DNA of 64,000 bases from Tubiluchus corallicola (taxonomy: Eukaryota > Animalia > Priapulida), in contig JAQGDQ010000053.1 in the NCBI GenBank assembly GCA_030141605.1, positions 248,001 through 312,000 on the forward strand. Reading direction: 5' to 3'. Positions within the stretch are counted from its first letter, which is position 1, and the number at the start of each line of letters is the position of its first letter. This document shows positions 13,282-26,579 of this stretch, one piece after another. The notes under the pieces were generated by a model. The model was not told the DNA's origin. It saw nothing but the letters and a program-made list of their open reading frames with translations, and searched no databases. The position numbers were made by a program, and so were the translations under genes.

Positions 13282-16200
13282 ATGGCTGCCGCCATGTACC
13301 ATGCATTTGTGGGTGCGGAAACTGGATTATTGAAAGGTATAAGCGATTAGCATTTCTCCATGTTTAAAAATGCTCGTTATTGTAGGTCTAATTAGCGTAG
13401 TAATTTAAAGTACTTTATCATCATACAAAGAGAGTGGAACAAACCTTTATTTTGCATACGTTGCTCATATTTCAAAAGGTAGAAGTGAATGCAGTTCAAT
13501 CAAATGTCAGTCAAAAGTGAATTCAAACAAATGCAGTTTGAAGTAAGGATTTGCTCATATATTGAGAAAGTTGCGAGACAAACTAGAATAATGTCGGGAA
13601 GCCAAAATTATTGTTCCATTATACAAGTTCCTGGTCAAGCTTATCTTGGAGTGTGCTACTAGTGTTTGGTCGCCTTGCATGTAAACGTTAATGATCTTAT
13701 TGAGCAATTGGGCAGTTCAGTGGAACGAGTTCAAAAAGGAGATGCCTACGGTTGGCTGATGATCTTGATTGGAATTCTGTTTCTATGTTAATGTTACGTA
13801 TGGCAGTCATTGTCCAAATAGAAAACTTCTTGGTTAGGACAAATGTTTGAGAACATTTCTTTACACATATGGTTGTTGTTCATTGGAATAAGTTGGATAA
13901 TGCTGTTGTAAATTCAAACTCTGTAAACAAGTTTGAAACAGCTTTAAAAGGTTTGCGTCCTCTGCTATAGCACTAACACACCTATACTGTTTCAAAACAA
14001 AATTTCATAAAACCAATGTACAATAATTATGTTATAACGCCAGAAGCATAAGTGTTTATTTGGACTATGGTAAGTGTAATATTACAAATTCAATAGCGAT
14101 TATAACAAAATTTAGCAGCCTTTTTGGATACAAAGTTAAAAAATTATTTTAGATGATCTTTCTATGAAAAAATAATTGAATTGCTTTTTTGGATCATTTC
14201 AGGCTCTAAATTAATTGCAAAAAATAACCTAATTCTTTATTATTACTTAGTAAAGTGTAGCTTGAGTAAAACAATATCTAAAAATTATAAATTGATGAGC
14301 GAGCTAAGGGTATGTATATGAGCTGCCATGAACAAATAGGTCTGTATGGTATGGTGGCATGACTTGTAATCCAAAAATCTGGTAATTCAAATCCAGACCC
14401 AGTCCCAACTTTTTAACATTTCCATGTTTTCAATCAAATTTCATCTAAAAAATTCAGTAACTGTGTGTCCATCAGATTCATTCAGTTGCAGTATTGACTG
14501 TTGTAAATAATAGTTAAGTGGTAGTGAGATTGTCAAAAGCTTATATTATATTGCTGGAATGCATTGTTTCAAAATAACCAGAATAGCTTAACATAATTTT
14601 TGACTGTCATTACTGTGTCCAAAAATTTGTATTCAGTAGTTGCAGGATACAAAAATTATGAATTGTTGTAGTTACAAATGATTTATATTTACTCAAATAT
14701 GGAAACTGTGAAAGCACAGTTTTTTAAAAATTTTACTTCAATAAATTTAGCACTTCTAAATCTAGCTCGCTAACCTGCATTGATAATAATCAGTAGCTGT
14801 GATGTTTTTAATTTGGCAACTTGGTTTAGTGCTTACAGAACACTTGTACATATCAGTCACTAGTAGTGTGGATTGATTTGTTTTTTAAATTCTTCGTATG
14901 TACCATATTTTACTATTTCCCTAAAATTTTGACTGTATAAGTTTTTCGTGAGATCTCAACACATTTATTTTTCAGGTGTCAATTTCGAAGAAAAGAATGT
15001 CACAAATGTTAATTCATTGTCCAGCTTAAAAAGGGACCATGAAATACAAGCAATGTGCTGGACTGATATTGATCAGACACAGGTAGCACTGCATACAGGA
15101 TACAGGTTTTTTAGTGACAGTTATGAATGAATTTATTTTTATCCCCAAAAACTTATAGGATTTCTAAACCAATATGTCTGAGAGAAGTGACTGAATCGTA
15201 TTAACTTTTAATTAGATGCTTGTTATGAAAAAAAACATTAACAGTTAAATTATTTTTACGATTTCACTTGGAGTGCAATGTCGAAAAGAAGTACCTAAGA
15301 CTTATATACCTTGCAGATACTTCCACTTTCCTGATTTAACAACATAAAGTTGCAAGCAGGACTATGTAGCTTATGTAGGTTCATTACATCTTATTTTTAA
15401 TTGACAAGACTTATTTTCCTATGGCATTTTAGTTTGTCTTCATAACTTGTTTCAGTACATCTTTATAGAAAGTGCTCAGCAAGTGAATGCGAATGTGCTG
15501 TTGGTAGGGATACTAGGCACATTGAGTACTGCTGGGGTTGCCAGCAGTCTACACCAATTAATATCCTGTCATATAGTAATGTGGATTTAATAATCAATGA
15601 TATTACCTGCTGGTTAATGTTTGTAGCACAGGATTACATTAAAAATACATTGCAAGGATTGAATTACATGGGTTTGCGGTCATCTTTGTGTGTCTTGACC
15701 AGTCTAAGGACTCGACCATGCTTTCACACAATTATTAATTAAACTCTGTAAAATAAATAATATGAAATTTTTTGAAGATTTATTAAATTGCATTAACACC
15801 AAAACAGCACAATATCTCCATAAGAAGCTAAAATTCCCAAATGCAAGATGCTGTTTTAAAAAGTGCGTACTCTACAACTTTTGCAACATATCCGTAACTT
15901 CACAGTTTCAGTAACATGTTTTGAACAGTAACAACATGAGAGTTGCTGACATCATGACAACCTAACTATTAAATATGCAGTCACATGGAAGTGGTGAATC
16001 CTTCACCGAGTGACTGTATTTTAAGATGCTAATTTAAGACAAAGTTTTATGTGACAGCATTTTATTGTTGAAATTTATGAAAACAAGTTTTTTCCATTTC
16101 AGATACTTATGGGGTTAAAAAATCGTGCAGTTTGTCAGTACGATACTACCACTCATAACATAGCCAATTTATTTGAAACACAAAATGGTGGTGGAGACAC

Positions 16201-19200
16201 TGTTGGTATTGCAGCTGTAGATGGGTTAGTATGCACGTGTATAGTAGGGTGTGGTGAAAATATTTTTTTTTTTATCCAATCTTTTTGCAACTTTTCCTAC
16301 TTTGGAGGTTTGATGAGATACTAACATGGGTAAATTTTCAGCTTGATTAAGCTTTGGGAACACATGTCTCCACTCATCTTAAGATTTTGGAATTATGCTC
16401 ATTTGTGTAGAAATTTGACAAATCTTAAAAACTATTATATCCACTCCACTGACCTAGCAATCACTAGTAGTTTGCAATGATTAATAGTTATCACACATCG
16501 AACTGTGACAGTTTTGCATGTTAGGAAGTTGTATCTGCAAAATTTAAAAATGTGTGTATTTGATGCATATATCCCCATATGTTAGCTAATGCTTTTAAAA
16601 TTACCCCTATATGGATTTTTCCAAAAGCTGCTATATTGGAATGTGAACCCAAATTTGTTCTAGGAAAACAATAACACTACCTTGCATTGTTTATTTGACA
16701 TTGTGATTTCTTTATAATATCAATTGAAAATGTTCACATTGCTTAGCAGCTTTTTTTAGAAAAAATAAGTTTACAAACCGTCTATTTTTACATTTTGTGA
16801 ATCATGAACTCTAGAAAAGTTAGCAGCAAGCCATACGGCTGTCCTACTAAGCTACCAGATAATCAGTTGCAAACAGCTGGAAATGTTGTACAGCATTATC
16901 AATTCAAAATGGATTCTCAGTCAGAGAAGGATCCACGATACAGATTTGTTGCATAGGAGAAGGGATTGTAGCATATAATGTATTTGCTGTATATGCAAAA
17001 CTATCAATTGCTACAATAACACTCGTCCTGACTCATGTGCCTTCTTAACAGTTTTTGATGAGATGAGAGATTACTTAAGGTTAAAGGTGTCTCAGTAGTA
17101 ACTTGTTCACATGTAGCATACAAATTGACCACTGGACTGGCCTGCTTATAGTAAACGTATGCTTATTCTGTTTTTCTAGTGTTTGCATTAGTCTCATCAT
17201 GTCGTACAACTTTGAGGTGGTGAAAGAAGATGCCTTCCTTTATCAAGTAATCTCTTATTTCATTTTATTAATTTGAACACGATTCTGTTTTTATCAGTTT
17301 GTCTTGACAGCATATGGTTGACTCCAGTGCGGGTCAGAAGACTCGGAACTTGCATGGTTTGAGTAACTCATTTGGTCAGTTATTGCATCCAAGTTGATTT
17401 TACCATCCATCCCAAGCATAGCTTTCTGGACGTGAAGGCTTTGTTTTACTATTTTCAGGCATTTTATCCAGCTCATATGTAATCTTTGACTCGGTCATAA
17501 TCCTTTTAATAGTGCATTTGAGTGTTATTGTGGCAATTGATGCTTTTGCATATGTAGCAAATACATTATATGCTACAATCCCTTCTGCTATACAACAAAT
17601 CTGTGTCGTGGATCCTTCTCTGACTGGGCCTCCATCTTGAATTGATAATGCCATCGAACATTTCCAACTGTTGGCAACTGATTATCTGGTAGCCTTAGTA
17701 GGATGGCCCTATGGCTTGCTGCTAACTTTTCTAGAGTTCGTGATCCACAAAATGTAAAAATAGACGGTTTCTAAAATTATTTTTTCTAGAAAAAATAGCT
17801 GTTGAGCAATATGAACATTTTCATTTATTATTATTATAAAGAAAACACAATGCCAAGTAAACAATGCAAGGTAGTGTTATTGTTTTTTTAAAACAAATAT
17901 GGGCTTACATTCCAATGTAGCATCTTTTAGAAAAATCCATATATTAGTAATTTTAAAAGCATTAGTTAACATATGGAGATATATCCATAAAATACACACA
18001 TTTTTAAATTTTGCAGATACAACTTCCTAATATGCAAAACTGTCACTGTTGTATGTGCGATAACTATTAATCATTGCAAACTACTGGTGAAAATTGCTAG
18101 GTCGGTGGAGTGGATATAATAGTTTTTAAAGTTTGTCAAATTACTACACAAATGAGCATAATTCAGAAATCTTAAGATGATTGGAGACACGTGTTCCCAA
18201 AGCTTAATCAAGCTGAAAATTTACCCATATTACGATCTCATCAAACCTCCAAAGTAGGAAAAGTTGTAAAAAAAGTTATTTTCACCACACCCTAGTGTAT
18301 AGATCTGTCTGAAATAAACTGTGTTAATGTTCTCATCATCATATTAGTGATTAATTGTCAACAACAAACACAAAGTTGGTCATCGTGTGTCTTAACTACT
18401 TATCATTTTCCAAGGTGAAGTGTCCATTAAAACGTTTAACTGAGGTTGTTTTAAACAAAATTCATTTTTTCACCAAATTTGTCAAACAAGAGACAAATTC
18501 CTTATTATTTTTTGTAGACAGTATAAATGATTGTCTTCTCTTAATTGTAGAAAAAATGTGCATCATTCAGTCTTTTCCTCTCCGTAGATATAGATAGATA
18601 TAAAATATTATAATATAATATTATATCTGTCAAATGTAAAAGGCTGAAAAGTGCTCTACTATTAAGAGAAGACAGCCCTCTTCCAAGTGTAGTATTTTTC
18701 TGTCATTTGTTTTCTTGTATGAGTTGCTCTGCTTATTTATTGTGGGGTTTGATTTCAGGAGTGTCATCTTATGTAATAGGTCTGGCATAGTTTCTACATG
18801 GGATTCAACTGGTAAAATAAAGGTAACTTACTATTAAGATAACATTTTTGTGATGTCACAGTCTGAACACCTGGTTTTTGTTGTAGCTGTTAGTGACTAC
18901 TTGGCTATTTTGTTAAAGTTGCCAAATGCTATTTTTGAGAAGAACTTCTAAATGAATTAAATGCACTTTGCAGGATCAGTTTCATGTTGGAACAGACATT
19001 TATAAGATGAGGGTTAATCCGAAGAATCCTCACGTAATTGGAACAGGTGGGAAGGAAAACGAGTTAAAGATCTGGGACTTAAATGATTCTAAAAACCCAG
19101 TATTTACAGCAAAAAACGTGAGTCGTTTTCAAGCTTTTCATTAGGCATGAAATTCCTGATATATGTTCAATGTGGCATTGTTTAAGGAATGAAAATAAGC

Positions 19201-22200
19201 AAAAAGACAATTGAATCAGAGTTGCGCCAATTGTGGAATTTACCAATTAACTGTTATGGATCAACTGGCAACTGATTACAAGAAATAATCACATGAATAC
19301 GGATTAATTCATTGATATTTGAAAAATTGGTAGACATTCTGTTAAAGCCTGTTTTTTGTCTAACTTTGTGCAGTATGTAAATAAATTGTTAACTCAGTAT
19401 TGAAACTTAATTTTGAATAAGTGCCAACAACACTGTACCTCCTTTTGATGTTTTCTTGTTAACTGCTTTTATTATAAAAGCACTCCACATTATATTGATT
19501 TTGTTTGTTGCCATCCTCAATAATTCGTTGTAACTTAAACAAATTAATGGTGAAACACGTTAGACAGCGGATGAAACAAAGCTTGTGGTGAAGCGCCAAT
19601 GAGTAGTGATTTTCTATTGGAGTTCACGTTGCAAAAAGGATTTACTTAACTTACTAATTATTGTATTTTTTACCAAGCTTCTTGGTAGAATATTTCTGAT
19701 ATTTTTAAACGAGACATTACTGACAATAATCTGCAGATTAGGCAATTATTAGAGACATAATTGGCCGATTACTGATCACTAGAAAAATGTCCAATATTCA
19801 CAAAAGCCGATTAAATTGGTGCACCTCTAAATTGAACATGTTTCAAGTGGTGTGTTAAAACTATTTCTGATGTAGATTTAATGCCAGACCAAATTTATAA
19901 TACTGTGGTACACTGCCCACTGTTCAATGTTGTTTCAGGCATTTTCTTGTAAAAAGGAACTAAATATCTGAATCTAAAGGTGCCACTGAAGTTACTGTGG
20001 TGTCTTAGGTGCCAACAAAAACAGACGTTATGCTGCAGTGATCAAAATAATCCCAAAAATCTATAAGATTTTTTTACTACAGTTCATGGTCCAACTATAT
20101 CGGATGTAGTTTCATTGCTAGCATGAAAATGGTTTGGGCAAAATCATAATAATCACGTAGCATGTTAGATCACATTCTACTCAAATACCACTATGCTCTT
20201 CATTACATATATATGATGTGAGACATGTCTATGGTGACTTACAGCTTATTTAGTGGGCCAGCAGCTCACTTGGTTATAATAGTTTGCAAAGCGTCAAAAT
20301 TTTGCAAAGATACCTGTTAATGTCACTCATTTTGGTATCGTATCAGTAGTTTTTCAGCTTTTATGCCACGAAAAGCACGCAATTTTGAGTTAATTTTCGC
20401 TTTTATCATCTTGACAGTAGTCTCAAATCGAAATTGATTACCAAGACCATGAAAAGAAGCTCAAAACTTTGAAAGTTCAAAACTGGTTCTGGTCTCATTT
20501 CAAATTCTTCAATGTATGCATTTTTCAGGTTCCACATGACTTTCTTAACTTACGAGTTCCTGTATGGGTCTGTGATTTACAATTTGTAGCCAACTCACAA
20601 CAAATAATAACATGTACTGGATATCATCAGGTAATTTGCTAGAAATGTCATGTCAAGTTGATTAGTTAAATACTAATTTTTCCTTTGTAATTGAGACAGC
20701 TGCATGTATTGTTTATTGTGTTAAAGCTTTCTGTATGCAGGTAAGACTTTATGATCCCTGCACCTCTCAACGACGACCAGTCATAAACGTGGAGTTTGAC
20801 AACTTTCCATTAATAGCAATGGCTGTTGTTCCAGGCGATACGTGAGTTTAGTCTGTATTATTCTACACTAACTTCTTAAACATTGATTATTTTTAATTAA
20901 CTTATTGCTTGTGGATTACTGTACTATGTCTCTGCTTTATCCCGTACTTAAGTAGTTTCTGCTCTGACATTTATTCATTTATGCACATTATTGTTAGTAT
21001 GCTAATATTTAAGTTATTAGTCTTTACAGGTCTAAATGCTGCAGGAAATGAGTTTTTGTTTATCAATAGTGCCTAAATTCCAAATGTTTTGGTTGTTGTA
21101 TTTATTTCATTATTACGTACTGTCAAAAAAATTTCGTGTTGTTTGAAATCTTCACAACAGTTTATTTACTTACGTTAACTGTTACTTCTCTTGTGTAGAA
21201 ACAGAAATACATCGAACTTTTTTATCAATTTTTACGTGAAATTTTGCAATATTCAATATTGTTTATAAAAGTTATTATTGCAAATGATGATGTTTCCAGA
21301 ACACGCTAGATTACTATAACATATAATCTAATTTTGTGTAAAAACCAGCTGATTCTTGGCATAAAGAATTTCATAGAAATTTCTTATCAAGTCCTTGTCT
21401 ATTTTAAACAGAATTGTGGTCTTTTAGATCAGTAGTGGTTGGAAATACACATGGAAAAATGGCATTAATAGACATACGAAAACCTGGACGCTTTGTTCAC
21501 TGTTATAAAGGTGCAATAGCAGGCAGTATACGATGTATTCAGTGCCATCCTGAGAAAGACATAGTTGCATCTTGCGGACTGGACAGATTTCTTAGAGTTC
21601 ATGATACAAAAACTAGAAAATTATTGCACAAAGTTAGTTTCTGATATTCTTTTGTTATAATAAGTTTATCTTAATCGAAATAAAGTTAAAGCTTTATAGT
21701 TTTCTAATGCACTAAAACGCAATTTATATTATACAGTGAAACCTTGTTATAAGCTCTGCTTTGTTTTCTAGTTAACTTTAATAAGTGACAAATAGTCAAA
21801 TATTATTATACCTACAGCAACACACGTGTTATACTGCACATTTTTGCTGTATTAACAATGCAGATGTAGTTCTACCTTGCAAAACTTTTAGGTAACATAA
21901 CGTGGAGAAGAAATCTTGTGAAATACTGGTTAATTAGATAACTCCAGATCAGAGAAATAGGCACCAACACAGCCCACCCATGCTGTCAATGTAATATTAC
22001 TGGACAGTTGGAATATAATTAACTGTTACTTATAACCTGACCTTGAGTCAAACAGCTTTAAGAGCTGTTAAATTCACATCAATTCAGTACTGAACCTTAT
22101 AGTTATGCAACTCTTGTTGTCTTACAATACATACTCCTTGCTCAAAACCTTAACATTCATTTTCATGCAGTCACTTGCTACGAAACCTAAATCTTAATTT

Positions 22201-23640
22201 ATACACTGTAATGTTTTCTTATCAGAGATCATTGTTTTTATAATGTTATGGCTGTTTTTCAGCAGTAATTCACTGTGCTTTATTTTGGGTGGTGTTATAA
22301 CGGGGCTGATTTATGGGTAAAATGGACTTTTGACAAAGCAGATACATTGGCAGATGGCGGAGAGCAAGGTTGGCAGTATTTCCTATGTTTAATGTATTAT
22401 GGAAATCGGGACAGGGTAAAAGTTGGCATTATGGCGAGGCTGGCAGTATAACAAGGTTCGACTGTATAATGATACACTTGCCTTTTTCTTTTACATGTTG
22501 GACAAGTGGTGCCTTATATCTTATAGTTATAAGCATACACAACACAAGCATTATATCTACAATCATATTGCAGATTTGCTAGTCATATTATTCAATGTGC
22601 AGTCTTATTATTCAAAACGATATTGGTATTTTATTATAATCCTTCATTATTTCATTATTGATAAAATCATTATCAAGCATTGAAGTATACAAAGAGCATG
22701 GATTTAAAATACAGACGTGTAATACTTCAATGCAGCTTAAACTGCGGTGCTGTTATTTTTTATTATAAATTTTTCAGGTATATTTAAAGTCAAGATTAAA
22801 TTGCCTTTTACTGAAAAATATACCTGATAGCATTCAAGGTGTGCATAAAGAAGCAAACTTGGGATACCAAGCTGTTACTGGTAATGTGATTTCATGGTGC
22901 TATATTTCTATCATTTGAATATTTTGCAAGAATAGGAATTTATAAATCATTAACTCTATTGCCTTTTGATACATGGATGTTTGATTTCTTCAGTTGTGCA
23001 AATTTAAGTTCCAGAAAAGATAAAAATATAAAAAAGGAAACAACCTAACTTTGCTGTAAGAAAAATAATATTGCGGTATATTAAATTATGTTCCAGCTTT
23101 TAAGTGAAGTAATTGCTTAGAGATGTTTTATAAACCTTTATCTTTTATCTAAGATAAATATCCATCTTGCCATTGTTTCCACGAAACAATGTCTCACAAT
23201 AATGCTTTTGTCGTGATGGTGATTGTGCAGTTGTCCTCCAGTAAAATTCTGTTATTTAAGTGGTGAGAATTGTGATTGTATTTCATAAACTTTTAAGCAT
23301 CTTATTTTGATAATTTATGCCAGCATTACATTTTTATATAGCTTGTTGCATCCACTTGTAGGGAAATTTTAGTTTTTCCTGACGCTTTCAGACACTTGCC
23401 ATTTAGTCATGAATCCTCTGTCAACTAAGTACATTATCAAACATATGTGGCGTGGTTATCTACTTGAGCTAAAATAAAAAATATTAACTGTTGTATATGT
23501 ACTTTTTAGAGAACACTACTTCACAAGCAGATGAAATTTGGGATTCTATGCCAGTCGTCACAGATGAGAATTTACAAAGATTTTCCAAACTAAAATCAAC
23601 AAAACAGAAGCGGGAAAGAAAACGATTAAAGACAAACTGA
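13282..23640 (+). CDS. WDR74: WD repeat-containing protein 74 (NSA1 homolog, 60S ribosome biogenesis), 10 coding exons, 377 aa
   Basis: Exons 13282-13336, 14976-15082, 16103-16224, 18759-18822, 18974-19117, 20529-20630, 20741-20841, 21428-21632, 22778-22880, 23510-23640 (1134 nt, phases consistent). Signature peptides VGAETGLLKG, GTGGKENELKIWDL, FTAKNVPHDFLNLRVPVW, HQVRLYD, SCGLDRFLRVH, VYLKSRLNCLL. Confidence 0.93.
13600..13960 (+). mobile_element. CR1-like LINE 3' fragment in WDR74 intron 1
   Basis: Decayed peptides LECATSVWSP, VERVQ and FFTHMVVVHWNKLDNAVVNSNSVNKFETAL are typical of the CR1 ORF2 C-terminus. Confidence 0.6.
14338..14470 (+). mobile_element. tRNA-derived SINE copy (decayed)
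   Basis: Degenerate A/B boxes (TTCAAATCC); head and body similar to the copy at 31556-31701. Confidence 0.5.
16245..18294. mobile_element. hAT-superfamily (hATm-like) foldback element with ~780-bp inverted arms
   Basis: Termini TAGGGTGTGGTGAAAATA / TATTTTCACCACACCCTA; exact 8-bp TSD GTGTATAG (16237-16244, 18295-18302). Arms 16245-17024 and 17520-18294 are reverse complements with scattered mismatches; spacer ~495 bp. Confidence 0.92.
19217..19829. mobile_element. hAT-type MITE
   Basis: Termini CAGAGTTGCGCCAAT / ATTGGTGCACCTCTA; flanks AATTGAAT / AATTGAAC (7/8 TSD). Confidence 0.7.
21734..22464. mobile_element. Tigger/pogo-like MITE
   Basis: TIR CAGTGAAACCTTGTTATA / TATAACAAGGTTCGACTG, TA TSD on both sides. 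Confidence 0.8.
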
Positions 23641-25612
23641 ATGTTAAGAAATGCCCTTTCTGTAATATTTTCTATTCTGGTGTGCACATACTGGTGTACT
23701 AATGTGTTTTGAAATTAATGCATAAACATAATACGGTTAAGTCATAAATCACTGGCTGTAACTTTGTGTCACAATTTGGATTTTACTATGCCAAGAAAGT
23801 TGTAGTAGAATGAAATCATCACTCATAACACCAATTTTGTTTAGGGTGATAGTTTAATTAAATCATCTCTACTTTTACTGATGTCATACTCGGGCAGTTG
23901 ACATTACACTCAATAACAACAGCTTAAACTATAAACAAACTTTTACATCTCAAAACATGCGTACTTTATGCCAGGCACACTAATTACAGTAAGGTAACAA
24001 AGATATATTCACTAAAGGTATAATAAACTTTATACAACACATTAATTAGCATGAAATGAATACACCCATGTTAAACAGCTAAATAAACTCTTGCCATAAG
24101 CCGAAATAATGCGGATTACTTGTTATCTAAAATAACTGTGACTAAAGTGGGTTCCATAAATGGGTCAGCTTCATGAAGGTATACTAGACTTTTTGATATC
24201 ACAGATTCACCAATAATAAAGCGTACCTAGTGTGACAGTAATGGTAACCAGAAAAATAGTACATTCAGGTAAAACATTCATGACATAGTATTCTTGAAAT
24301 ATTCAAATAACAAATAACAGCAATTATTGCATTTTCACAATAACATAATTATTCATACATCCCACTGATTTATAATATTATACACCTGTATTATATACGC
24401 ACAAGATAAATAATACGAGCAAAATATTTAAAGTCCTGTAAACACTACAGACATATTAAGTTAGTACCACAAAACAAAATATGTCTGTTAGCGAATGTCG
24501 CTGCTCAGGTAAGGAAAGGTTAGGCTATCAATTACCACAATTTCTTTCAAACAGGCTGTTCTAAGAGCACTTATCATACTTGTTCAGAATTATCGATTCT
24601 GCTGCAACATAATTAACTATAATAAATTAATTCAAGGGTAACAACTGCATATTTCAAGAAAAATGGAGTATACTTTATTAGTACATTAGATCATTATTAA
24701 TATGACTGAACAGCAGCCGCTTTTCCTAACTTAACATGCGAGAAACAAGATGTCGTGACACTACATAATAACCACCTTACCAGTAAATATTATTTAACTC
24801 GATAAGTTTAAAGACGTGGCGGTGTGTATATCAACCTACATGAAACGAGTTGGGGGCCATTTTTCATGACACGAAATAATTAATTATTATGGAGAAGTGG
24901 TAAATTTGCAAGTGCCAGAACATTTACAACTGCACAGAGAGAACATTTTATGCAAGAATAAACGTTAGCAGCCAGTAGGCAATTATACCAACTGAAAGTA
25001 TTACAATGATTTAATATAGTTTGTTTATAACCATTCAAGTTTGTTTGGACCTTCTGCACACTATATTTAATGAAAAATTCATTTAACAGACCTGTACCAT
25101 TTCTTTATGGAAATTTGCCTCTAGCCTATCACTGATAATGTATATTGCAAATATTCATTACTCGTCAGTAAAAATAATGCAATTTGCTACTGGTAGGATA
25201 TCATAAGTGAACAGACAAAAGTAAATTTAAGATTTGACTATGCTAGTATGGTACTGATAATTATGAGTATTATAGCGGTGCAAAATAAAAACAACCCTTG
25301 TCAGCAAAATAGAATGTAACTTTCATAGACACCTCCCATCTAGGTCCATTTCTCTTCAGCTATGGTTATAATCCATTTACGTAGAATACCACTCTAAATA
25401 TATTGTGCAAAGATCAAACCTACATAAAAAGTTAAATTTATTATAAGAACATTCAGTAGTTGAAATCAACATTCCTGTAATACAGGTTATTAAATTGAAA
25501 GTATTCACATTAGACATTTTATAAAAGATATGCCCCAAGTGTTTCGCAGACACAAATCACATTCAGTTGCATTTATATACAGACTTAACACGAAATAATG
25601 ATACGTTGAATT

Positions 25613-26271
25613 CAGTGGTGTAGCTAGGACTGGAAAGACGAAGGCGAAGTCCATCCTGGCACTTCTTGGGTGTAGTACTTTTGATTTAGTGCAGTGAAAA
25701 TTATTTGATCAGGACAGTAGAAGGCTACAAGACACCTGAGACGATTTTAAATAAACCAGAAAATCTGTGTTTGCTGTTGCACAGTCCCTTTTTTAAGAAC
25801 ATTAGCATAGATGCCTTTATTCCATTAAAAATATTCCAACTCTTAAAATTCTGTAAATCAATTGACTTCCGCAGATGTTTTTTAATAATCAATATTAAAA
25901 CTAACATGCAGAAATTAGTTGTGAAAGAATTTATGCTTCTGGCACAGCAATTAATGTACCGATAATGTGCTGAAATTATATTTTGGAATGAGCGGTATTT
26001 TTCAAAATGACGTAATTCAAGGATTCAGCCAAAAAGGAATTGGAAAAAAAATCAGAAAAGTGAGGCAAAATAATTCCTTTCTAACTGTTGGCAGTTCAGG
26101 AAGCAACCAACTGCAAAACAAATTTTGAGCACCTTTCGAGCAAGCAAGCACTAGTAACCAGCCAGGAATTAGTAGTGTGAAAATGTGTATTGTGACTTGT
26201 GAAACATATTTTTCATGCTGAGGAATAACTCAAGGATCACCCAAATGATGCAAACTCTAACTATGCCACTG
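25613..26271. mobile_element. Probable hAT-type MITE downstream of the PICALM stop
   Basis: Inverted termini CAGTGGTGTAGCTAG / CTAACTATGCCACTG; no matching TSD. Confidence 0.45.
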
Positions 26272-26579
26272 CCATTTGTAAGAATAATTATTGCAGACAA
26301 ACGTGTTCAAAGTTTAGATGCAAAAACAATAAAAACATCACTTTACCTGTTGCAATTAAAAAAATGCACATAATATAGTTGTTGAGTAGCAATTTGCTAT
26401 ACAGAAGATAAGAACTACATGTAGTTACTAGTTATTTTACTACTTCAGGAGTAATGATTCATGACTTGAGCATTAACCCAAACACCAAAAATTCAAAATA
26501 TTTAAATAATTTAAAATAAAGAAAGCGACAAAAGGAAAGAAGAAGATTATAAATACCTGGAATATTGTAAATACACTTT

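Noticed and set aside
18683-18700. CAAGTGTAGTAT matches the U2 snRNA branch-pairing region, and human WDR74 lies next to a U2 gene
   Set aside because: Only 12 nt match; flanks lack the U2 5' stem and Sm site, so it is compatible with chance
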